Origin: Auanema rhodensis
Taxonomy: Eukaryota; Animalia; Nematoda
DNA: 64,000 bases
Reading direction: 5' to 3'
Assembly: GCA_964057225.1 (NCBI GenBank)
Contig: OZ059895.1
Coordinates: 8,804,001-8,868,000, forward strand
Part shown: positions 15,390 through 25,473 of the stretch, one piece after another
Numbering within the stretch: position 1 is the first letter of the stretch
How the letters are laid out: every line of letters starts with the position of its first letter
Made by a program: the position numbers and the translations under genes
The notes under the pieces: model-generated
Told to the model about the DNA's origin: nothing
The model's input: only the letters and a program-made list of their open reading frames with translations
Database searches by the model: none

Positions 15390-18300
15390 TTATATAATAT
15401 TGAAGTGTTGACGGAATTGTTCAGAAAGCACAGGCTCTCCTTGTGTGTTGTCAACTTTTTTAATTCGTATGCATCTTTCCTTCGGTTTTTTTACCAATAA
15501 ACATGTGTCTCCTTCATTTTTAATCATATTTCCTACTTGAGATAGTGCTTCTGCTATGATGCTGAGCAATCTATTCGCAGGACAAACTAAATTCTTATCC
15601 AAATCATTCAAATATTTTTGGAACTCCTAAAAATTTATTTTGTACAAGTAACGGAGAAAGTCCAACCTTTTTTATTTTTCCATCTTTATCCCACTCTTCC
15701 AAATCAATCAAATATTGTTTGACTTCCTAAAAATTTATTTTGTACAAGTAACGGAGAAAGTCAAACCTTTTTTATTTCCAAAGATTTAATCCGCTCTTCC
15801 AAATCATTCAAAGACATTTGGTACACCTAAAATTTTATTTTCTACAAGTAACGGAGAAAGTCAAACCTCTGTTATTATCCCATCTTCATCCCACTCTCCC
15901 AAAAATTTTTGTAACTCCTAAAAATTTATTTTGTACAAGTAACGGAGAAAGTCAAACCTCTTTTCTTTTCCAATCTTTAACCAGCTCTTGAAAAAATTTT
16001 TGTAACTCCTAAAAATTTATTTTGTACAAGTAACCGAGAAAGTCAAACCTCTGTTATTATCCCATTTTTAACCAGCTCTTGCAAAAATTTTTGTAACTCC
16101 TAAAATTTTATTTTGTGCAAGTAACGGAGAAAGTCAAACCTCTGTTATTATCCCATTTTTAACCAGCTCTTGCAAAAATTTTTGTAACTCCTAAAAATTT
16201 ATTTTGTACAAGTAACCGAGAAAGTCAAACCTCTGTTATTATCCCATTTTTAACCAGCTCTTGCAAAAATTTTTGTAACTCCTAAAATTTTATTTTGTGC
16301 AAGTAACGGAGAAAGTCAAACCTCTTTTCTTTTCCCATCTTTAACCAGCTCTTGCAAAAATTTTTGTAACTCCTAAAAATTTATTTTGTACAAGTAACGG
16401 AGAAAGTCAAACCTCTGTTATTATCCCAGCTTCAACCTGCTCTTGCAAAATTTTTTGTAACTCCTAAAAATTTATTTTGTACAAGTAACGGAGAAAGTCA
16501 AACCTCTTTTCTTTTCCCATCTTCATCCCACTCTCCCAAAAATTTTTGTAACTCCTAAAAATTTATTTTGTACAAGTAACCGAGAAAGTCAAACCTCTGT
16601 TATTATCCCATTTTTAACCAGCTCTTGCAAACATTTTTGTAACTCCTAAAATTTTATTTTGTGCAAGTAACGGAGAAAGTCAAACCTCTTTTCTTTTCCC
16701 ATCTTTAACCAGCTCTTGCAAACATTTTTGTAACTCCTAAAATTTTATTTTGTGCAAGTAACGGAGAAAGTCAAACCTCTTTTCTTTTCCCATCTTTAAC
16801 CAGCTCTTGCAAAAATTTTTGTAACTCCTAAAAATTTATTTTGTACAAGTAACGGAGAAAGTCAAACCTCTGTTATTATCCCATCTTCATCCCACTTTCC
16901 CAAAAATTTTTGTAACTCCTAAAAATTTATTTTGTACAAGTAACGGAGAAAGTCAAACCTCTTTTCTTTTCCCATCTTCATCCCACTCTCCCAAAAATTT
17001 TTGTAACTCCTAAAAATTTATTTTGTACAAGTAACAGAGAAAGTCAAACCTCTTTTCTTTTCCCATCTTTAACCAGCTCTTGCAAAAATTTTTGTAACTC
17101 CTAAAAATTTATTTTGTACAAGTAACAGAGAAAGTCAAACCTCTTTTCTTTTCCCATCTTTAACCAGCTCTTGCAAAATTTTTTGTAACTTCTAAAAATT
17201 TATTTTGTACAAGTAACGGAGAAAGTCAAACCTCTTTTCTTTTCCCATCTTCATCCCACTCTCCCAAACATTTTTGTAACTCCTAAAAATTTATTTTGTA
17301 CAAGTAACGGAGAAAGTCAAACCTCTGTTATTATCCCAGCTTCAACCTGCTTTTGCAAAAATTTTTGTAACTCCTAAAAATTTATTTTGTACAAGTAACA
17401 GAGAAAGTCAAACCTCTTTTCTTTTCCCATCTTTAACCAGCTCTTGCAAACATTTTTGTAACTCCTAAAAATTTATTTTGTACAAGTAACAGAGAAAGTC
17501 AAACCTCTGTTATTATCCCAGCTTCAACCTGCTCTTGCAAAATTTTTTGTAACTTCTAAAAATTTATTTTGTACAAGTAACGGAGAAAGTCAAACCTCTG
17601 TTATTATCCCAGCTTCAACCTGCTCTTGCAAAATTTTTTGTAACTTCTAAAAATTTATTTTGTACAAGTAACGGAGAAAGTCAAACCTCTGTTATTATCC
17701 CAGCTTCAACCTGCTCTTGCAAAAATTTTTGTAACTCCTAAAAATCTATTTTGTACAAGTAACGGAGAAAGTCAAACCTCTGTTATTATCCCAGCTTCAA
17801 CCAGCTCTTGCAAACATTTTTGTAACTCCTAAAAATTTATTTTGTACAAGTAACAGAGAAAGTCAAACCTCTTTTCTTTTCCCATTTTTAACCAGCTCTT
17901 GCAAAAATTTTTGTAACTCCTAAAAATTTATTTTGTACAAGTAACAGAGAAAGTCAAACCTCTGTTATTATCCCATTTTTAACCAGCTCTTGCAAAAATT
18001 TTTGTAACTCCTAAATATTTATTTTGTACAAGTAACGGAGAAAGTCAAACCTTTTTTATTTCCAAAGATTTAATCCGCTCTTCCAAATCATTCAAAGACA
18101 TTTGGTACACCTAAAATTTTATTTTCTACAAGTAACAGAGAAAGTCAAACCTCTGTTATTATCCCAGCTTCAACCTGCTCTTGCAAAATTTTTTGTAACT
18201 TCTAAAAATTTATTTTGTACAAGTAACAGAGAAAGTCAAACCTCTGTTATTATCCCATTTTTAACCAGCTCTTGCAAATGATTCAAACACATTTGTTTTA

Positions 18301-20210
18301 GCTAAAAATTTATTTTGTGCAAGTAACGGAGAAAGTCAAACCTCTTTTCTTTTCCCATATTCATCCCTCTCTTCCAAATGATTCAAACACATTTGTTTTA
18401 GCTAAAAATTTATTTTGTACAAGTAACGGAGAAAGTCAAACCTTTTTCATTTTCTCAGATTTAATCCGCTCTCCCAAATCATTCAAATACATTTGGTACA
18501 CCTAAAAATTTATTTTGTAAAAGTAACAGAGAAAGTCAAACCTTTGTTATTATTCCAGTTTCACGCCGTTCTTCGAAATGTTTCAAATATTTTTCTTTCA
18601 CCTAAAAATTTATTTTGTACAAGTAACGGAGAAAGTCAAACCTTTTTTATTTTCTCAAATTTAATCAGCTTTTCCAAATGTTTCAAATAGTTTTCGTACA
18701 CCTAAAAATATATTTTGTACAAGTAACGGAGAAAGTCAAACCTCTGTTATTTTCCCAGTCTTAATCAGCTCTTCCAAATCATTTAAAGACTTTTGGTACA
18801 CCTAAAATTTATTTTGTACAAGTAACAGAGAAAGTCAAACCTCTTTTATTATTCCAGCTTCATCCCGCTGTCCAATCAAAAGTTCTTCACAGCCAACTAG
18901 GTAAGACTGAAGAAACCATTTTTTCAACTTCTTATGTTTTTTTTCAAAATTCGACTCTAATAATGTAGTTTTCAACTCTAAGTATTCACCATCTACAAAC
19001 AAAACAATTATCTATATAATACAAATTAAATTACTTGGCAACAAACAATCCACATCTCCTGCATAAAGAACTTTTATTGTTTTATTACTGGTACATATTG
19101 TTGATCGAACAACAGTGTTGAAATCTTCCCGACAATCAACAGGCACATCCGTATCAGGGACATCCTGAACAGAAAAAATTAAAATAATTCAAAATACGGG
19201 GCTGGTATCGTTTCGTCCACCCCCCCCCCCGGATCTGGGATAGAGCACTCCCGCTGGTTTATGCAAAGCTAATGCGTGCCCAAAATGTTATCTTAGATCA
19301 TGCGTTATTTACTCGAAAATACAGTCTCATTTCTGCGAGTTTAATACTTTTAAATTTTGTTGTTTTGTTGAAGCTCTCTCTATCTGGGGGGGGGATACCC
19401 ACAGAGACCCCCCGGATCTGGGATAGAGCACTCCCGCTAGTTTATGCAAAGCTAGTGTGTGCCCAAAATGTTATAAGCGCGCTCTAATGTTAACTCTCTG
19501 ATTATTAGGGGGGGGGGGATAGGCGAAACAATACCAGCGCCCAAAATACATATTGTTATACATACATGAATACTTTTACGGGAAGTTAGATATTGCTCGA
19601 ATTTAGAGCCATGATATGTCCAAAGCTTATCTTGTGCTGTTTCCTTTTCTTTTCTTAAACGAACATAATTAATTTTCATAAAAATTTATGAGAAACTTTA
19701 TTTTATCCTCAGGAGTTTCTATTTGGCAAATGAATACCAAACCGCGTTTACGAACTGCTAATGCAGTCCATGACTCCTCGGGATGACTAGTCGTACAAAT
19801 ACCAATTTTAGTTAGCATGCCCCGATAACACACAAATTCAGCTTCCAGGAGAGCCTATCAATAAAGATTGTTTCATTCAAACACTTCTTACTACCTTATT
19901 CAAGTTACCACCCGGAGGTGACTGTGTCATTATCCACTTTTCTAAGGTCTCCAAGTATTTCTCTTCGTTCTAATATAAGCTTTCATTTGAATATGATAAA
20001 CGGTTATACCTTTTCCACCCATGCTTTAGAATTTGTATTCAAATCTAGATTTGTTTCTTTATTGATGTTATCAACACAAACATATCTGGCTTGCATGCGA
20101 CCAAGAGTGATTTTTCGATCACTGTCATTGGAGAATTCACCTACTCTTATATATTTGAAAGATCTAAAAGCATGATATTTCCTTTCATAATCGGGAACAG
20201 TAACAGGCAT
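15390..20210 (-). CDS. dom-3: DXO/Dom3Z/Rai1-family decapping exoribonuclease paralogue A, with 34 extra tandem micro-exons (about 950 aa if all are included)
   Basis: FVCYRGMLTKI, YHGSKFEQYLT, LYAGDVDC, EYLELKT, KWFLQSYLVG, GQRDEAG. Then 34 in-frame exons between 18801 and 15667, then terminal exon 15626-15390 (EFQKYLNDL...FRQHFNII*). Confidence 0.85.
15627..18840 (-). repeat. Tandem array of exon+intron cassettes: 35 introns (39-40 nt) and 34 exons (25 of 51 nt, 9 of 60 nt)
   Basis: The constant part reads GTTTGACTTTCTCCGTTACTTGTACAAAATAAATTTTTAG on the minus strand, with exact 91-bp period from 15827 to 18011 and mostly 100-bp units at the ends. All variable parts are multiples of 3 and contain no stop codon. 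Confidence 0.95.
19198..19541. mobile_element. Non-autonomous DNA transposon (MITE), Merlin-like, in an intron of DXO paralogue A
   Basis: Terminal inverted repeats GGGGCTGGTATCGTTTCG / CGAAACAATACCAGCGCC (16/18 match, followed by C/G runs). 8-bp TSD CAAAATAC at 19190-19197 and 19542-19549. Internal direct repeat of about 65 bp. Confidence 0.8.
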
Positions 20211-20632
20211 ATTCGTATATCTAAATGTGCGAAAATAAAGTATATATATATAATATGCAAAGTATGATGTGAGATACACAAAAAAAATTTAAAAAACTAG
20301 TATAATTATATGCCGAAAATTTTATAATGTTAGCCTAGTCTAGCTAACAAAGTATGTATGCAGTTGCATTGAACAAAGATAAGAACACATACCTATAAGC
20401 TGATTAACCAAATTACTATTTATAAATTTTATTCGTTAGTTTATCTCTAAACCTACAATTATACTTTTATATTTTGGCTTATCTGATGAAGAACATCAAA
20501 AGTACGTTTTCTATTTTTAAAATCAAGCTTATCAGCAGGTTTATATGAATTATTTGTTGTTTCATTGTCAATAAATAATTACAATTATTAGTAAAATTCA
20601 TTGTAGAGCGCAGTATCAAATAATTATATAAT

Positions 20633-21011
20633 TATAAATAAAACTTTAAGCTAATCTAGCTTGATAAGTACAAAATTATGAATAAAACTTAAAGCTAATC
20701 TAGCTTGATAAGTACAAAATTATGAATAAAACTTAAAGCTAATCTAGCTTGATAAGTACAAAATTATGAATAAAACTTAAAGCTAATCTAGCTTGATAAG
20801 TACAAAATTATAAATAAAACTTTAAGCTAATCTAGCTTGATAAGTACAAAATTATGAATAAAACTTAAAGCTAATCTAGCTTGATAAGTACAAAATTATG
20901 AATAAAACTTAAAGCTAATCTAGCTTGATAAGTACAAAATTATGAATAAAATTTAAAGTTAATCTAGCTTGATAAGTACAAAATTATGAATAAAACTTAA
21001 AGCTAATCTAG
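20633..21011. repeat. 44-bp minisatellite, about 8.5 copies
   Basis: Unit TAAAACTTAAAGCTAATCTAGCTTGATAAGTACAAAATTATGAA; GCTAATCTAG-like cores at 20650+44n up to 21002. Confidence 0.95.
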
Positions 21012-22457
21012 ATTGAAGTATTGACGGAATTGTTCAGAAAGCACAGGATTTCCTTGTGAGTTGTCAACTTTTTCAATTTCTATATCTCTCTGTTTTTTTA
21101 CCAATAAACATGTGTCTCCTTCATTTTTAATCATATTTCCTACTTGAGATAGTGTATCTGCTATGATGTTGAGCATGCCTTTCGTAGGACAACGTATTTG
21201 GTAACTCAAATCATTCAAATACATTTGGTACACCTAAAAATTTATTTTGTACAAGTAACAGAGAAAGTCAAACCTTTTTTATTATTCCAGCTTCATCCCG
21301 CTGTCCAATCAAAAGTTCTTCACAGCCAACTAGGTAAGATTGAAGAAACCACTTAAAACACTTGTTTCGATGCTTTCGAAAGTCCAATTCTCCTTTTTGA
21401 GTTTTCAACTCTAAGTATTCACCATCTACAAACAAAACAATTATCTATATAATACAAATTAAATTACTTGGCAACAAGCAATCAACTTCTCCTGCATAAA
21501 GAACTTTTATTGTTTTATTACTGGTACATATTGTTGATCGAACAACAGTGTTGAAATCTTCCCGACAATCAACAGGCACATCCGTATCAGGGACATCCTG
21601 AACAGAAAAAATTAAAATAATTCAAAATACGGGGCTGGTATCGTTTCGTCCACCCCACCGGATCTGGGATAGAGCACTCCCGCTAGTTTATGCAAAGCTG
21701 GTGTGTGCCCAAAATGTTATAAGCGCGCTCTAATGTTAACTCTCTGATTATTAGGGGGGGGGGGGATAGGCGAAACAATACCAGCGCCCAAAATACATAT
21801 TGTTATACATACATGAATACTTATAGGGGAAGTTAGATATTGCTCGAATTTAAAGCCATAATATGTCCAAAGCTTATCTTGTGCTGTTTCTTTTTCTTTT
21901 CTTAAACGAACATAATTAATTTTCATAAAAATTTATGAGAAACTTTATTTTATCCTCAGGAGTTTCTATTTGGCAAATGAATACCAAACCGTGTTTACGA
22001 ACTGCTAATGCAGTCCATGACTCATGGGAATATCCAAACCCACAAGTACCAATTTTAGTTAGCATGCCCCGATAACAGACAAATTCAGCTTCCAGGAGAG
22101 CCTATCAATAAAGATTGTTTCATTCAAACACTTCTTACTACCTTATTCAAGTTACCACCCGGAGGTGACTGTGTCATTATCCACTTTTCGAAGGTCTCCA
22201 AGTATTTCTCTTCGTTCTAATATAAGTTTTCATTTGAATATGATAAACGGTTATACCTTTTCCACCCATGTATTAAAATTTGTATTCAAATCTAGATTTG
22301 TTTCTTTATTGACGTTATCAACACAAACATATTTGGCTTCCTTGCGACCAAGAGTGATTTTTCGATCACCGTCATTGGAGAATTCACCTACTCTTATATA
22401 TTTGAAAGATCTAAAATCATGATAATTCCTTGTATCACCGGAAACAATAACAGGCAT
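21003..22457 (-). CDS. dom-3: DXO/Dom3Z/Rai1-family decapping exoribonuclease paralogue B (7 exons, about 344 aa, canonical motifs)
   Basis: FVCYRGMLTKI (motif I Arg), YYGFKFEQY (motif II), GEVDC (motif III), ELKT (motif IV), KWFLQS (motifs V/VI). Lies 363 bp downstream of the mes-3-like gene on the same strand. Confidence 0.92.
21631..21788. mobile_element. Shorter copy of the same MITE in the equivalent intron of DXO paralogue B
   Basis: Same TIRs and CAAAATAC TSD (21623-21630, 21789-21796). Has only one copy of the internal direct repeat. Confidence 0.8.
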
Positions 22458-22819
22458 ATTCGTATATCTAAATGTGCGAAAATAAAGTATGTATATATAA
22501 TATGCAAAGTATGATGTGAGATACACAAAAAAAATTTAAAAAACTAGTATAATTATATGCCGAAAATTTTATAATGTTAGCCTAGTCTAGCTAACAAAGT
22601 ATGTATGCAGTTGCATTGAACAAAGATAAGAACACATACCTATAACCTGACACAAGAATGATAACAGTTGGGAATTAATTAAACATTGTAAGTACAATAT
22701 AGGAAGGCAAGAGAAAGAACTATTGACCTTATAGGAGATCTTATTTAATTAAACATTATAATTAAAATACACAAAAGTAGTTTAGGACTTGGGTACGCTC
22801 AATTACTCAATAATAATAA

Positions 22820-25202
22820 CTATGAAAGTGAGAGTAATAACTGATACATATCATTGGCGCTAATTATATCGCCTATAAAGCATTGATTCAGGAATGTAGT
22901 TAGAAGACTCACAAGTTTCTCTTTCTTAATCCAGTCTTTATTTATCCTTATGAATCTTTCCTAAGAAACCAAATTACTATTCGTTAGTTTATCTCTCAAC
23001 CTACAATTTCAAGACGTTTCATTTTCTTCGAAACAGGCTGATGTTTTGTGTGATACGCGAAGAATATATCGAAGCGCTCCATAAACATTTTTTCTTTATC
23101 AGTAGCATCAATAAATTCCCAGATTCTCTGTAAAATATGAAATTGTTTTAAAATTTTTAGGCATATCTCTCACTCTGTGTGTATTGTCGGCATACCAACC
23201 ACAGCTAGGACGGTGAAGAACAAACTCTTCACCTGGATATAAATTCATTCTAAACAAACGTTGATATAAACAAAACAAATAATTCTCAATTACGGTTCAC
23301 GGATAATATTAGCAAATGGCATGCTCATATAGGGAATTAATCCGGGTTCCCATTTTTTTTTTTTATTTTTAACTGCAGGGACCACTGGATCTGTTACGAC
23401 TCTGAAACATTTCAGAATATATAAATGAAAGAAAGTTTAATACATACTTAACAGAACAAGATCCTTCTGATATAGCAATAACATTGGGAGACTAAAAGTG
23501 AATTATACTTTAAAATAGGAATGGAAAACTGAAATACCTCAAGTCTGAATGAAAGCTTACTGAACATTGCATTTAAATATTTTATTAAATGGTTCGTGTC
23601 GGGGAAAGTTTTCAAAGTAAAAGGACAGGAAATACTGTTAACTCCGACAAAAAATCTAGAAGCAGTTTTACTGACTTCTGTAGGTGCTCCATTTTCTTTA
23701 TTGGGCGAGCCGGAAATTTTATCCAGGACAAAGCTGAACAAAACTTTTAGTACGGTAACAAAATAAACTTTTTACTGGAGTTTACATTCCCTGGATGGCG
23801 TAGAAACCCGTTCTTTTTCCCTATGTCTCATATCTTTCTCAATATCTTCCCAATCTTCTTCAACATGTTGATCAGAAGTTTCGAAATTTAAAGATGGCAT
23901 AGTTGTCTTAACACTAGTAGCATGAGCTAGTTGGCATAGTTTTTGAATTTTTTCTAAATCGTCTTTCCATGTTTCTCTATCCAAGTTAAATGGCAAATTC
24001 AATATACCGTCATTACGTCTGAAAAAAATTTCAAATGGTTTGAAATGTGATAAGATATTACATACTCTAATAATATCGATCCATTCATATGCTTTACTTC
24101 AAGTTCATCATTTTTTCGTTGCATAATTTTCTTCACTCCATAAAACGTTTTCTGAAACGAAATTCTATCCCTTTATAAATACAACAAAGCTTACTAATTC
24201 TGTACTCTCTTTTGAAGAAGATCTGGATGCTCGCTGACCCCTACCCTTTCTTCTATCTTCAAAAAAATATTTCTTGCATAAATTCAAAAATATAAACACC
24301 TTTATTTTCATTCACACATACTCCGCGGACAGTACAAACCAAATATACCACTCTAAAGTATTAAACGATTACTTACATTATAATTTATCAACTTACTCAG
24401 CGGATTTTTGGAGTTCAGAAGGAACAGGATAATAAACTACATTTTTACCAACTTCATATTTGGCACAGCTTATTTTACCACGGAAAAGGGAATTCTAAAA
24501 GCAACTCCTTGTCTAGTGCATTTTTATATAACATACTCTATTAAGAACTTTTTTATTCGAGTCGAAGGATACCAATTTTATATCAACATCCACAGTATCT
24601 ATACTTCCTGAACAAATAAAAAAAACAATAAATAAAAACAAAGGATTTACCGGAGCCAAGAGGATCGACAAAATTGAAAAATTCAAAAGTAGTGATTTCT
24701 TCTAGTCCCTTTTGAATCTATACAAAAACCAAAGATTATATCAAATCAATATTAAAACAAACCGCATCTTCAATACGCTTCACCGTCGCAATGCGTTCAT
24801 TAGTCATTTCAACAGAGCTTTTACCTCGTTTGATAACTTCATACTTTTGATAATCATGGTAATGAGTATATTCATTAAAAATATCTTAAATATTTCAAGA
24901 TGTAAAGTTAGTGTTGTAATCACCCACCCCTAACATTGAAACGTGATGAATTTTTTTTTTTGGAAACAATTCCTTTTCCATTATTTTCGATGGTAGCTAG
25001 ACAAAGAGTAATTATTATTGAAAATTATATAAAAAATAAAGATACCTTTAAGAGGGTTATTAAGAATTTTAGGACGTTTTTCCGAAATAGCAGTCTAAAA
25101 TAATTGTGTAAAAGATGGAAACACAACTAATCGAAAAGAGTATATGATAATAACACAAGAATAACTTGCCTCTGAAGCGTACTTTAATCGTCCTCTTTTC
25201 AT
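22820..25202 (-). CDS. mes-3: PRC2 subunit SUZ12/MES-3-like protein with VEFS box
   Basis: Continuous spliced frame from MKRGRLKYASE (GC donor) to MYQLLLSLS*. Degenerate Zn-finger-like SCPFTLKTFPDTNHLIKYLNAMFSKLSF. VEFS-like WYADNTHRRIWEFIDATDKEKMFMERFDIFF..ERFIRINKDWIKKEKLVSLLTTFL. Directly upstream of dom-3 homologues. Confidence 0.75.
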
Positions 25203-25464
25203 AATGAAACCCTAAGATAAGTATCGTCAAATTAAAACCAAAAACCATGATAAAATGTACATAAAAAATAGGAAGATATACGTTTCTCAAATGTTTAAAA
25301 ACATTAGCATAAAGGTGAAACTTGTGTTTGTAACTTAGTACAAGCTTCATCACTTAATCGTTTAGAATTATTACATAAAAACAATATGAAGTTTTGGATA
25401 ATTTAAATTAGTTAAAATAATGCTATGCTTAGATACGCAACAAACCATGTTAACGAGGCGCGCG

Positions 25465-25473
25465 TTTCGCGCC
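25465..25473 (+). promoter_or_regulatory. E2F/DP-type site TTTCGCGCC in a GC-rich patch between the divergent mes-3-like and fucosyltransferase genes
   Basis: Exact TTTCGCGCC inside GGCGCGCGTTTCGCGCC in otherwise AT-rich DNA, about 260 bp upstream of the mes-3-like ATG. Confidence 0.4.

Noticed and set aside
18317-18690. Plus-strand ORFs in the array
   Set aside because: Antisense read-through of the repeat units; the minus-strand spliced reading explains the sequence.
15627-18840. CRISPR-like pattern of constant 40-nt repeats with variable spacers
   Set aside because: Eukaryotic context with no cas genes. The spacers are homologous to each other and to DXO exons, and the repeat is a GT-AG intron.
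19272-19487. ORF inside the intronic element as a possible transposase
   Set aside because: Only 71 aa with no DDE motifs; it lies within a 344-bp non-autonomous element.
20633-21011. Helitron origin for the 44-bp array (contains CTAG)
   Set aside because: The termini do not fit TC...CTRR inserted at an AT site on either strand, and I saw no subterminal hairpin.
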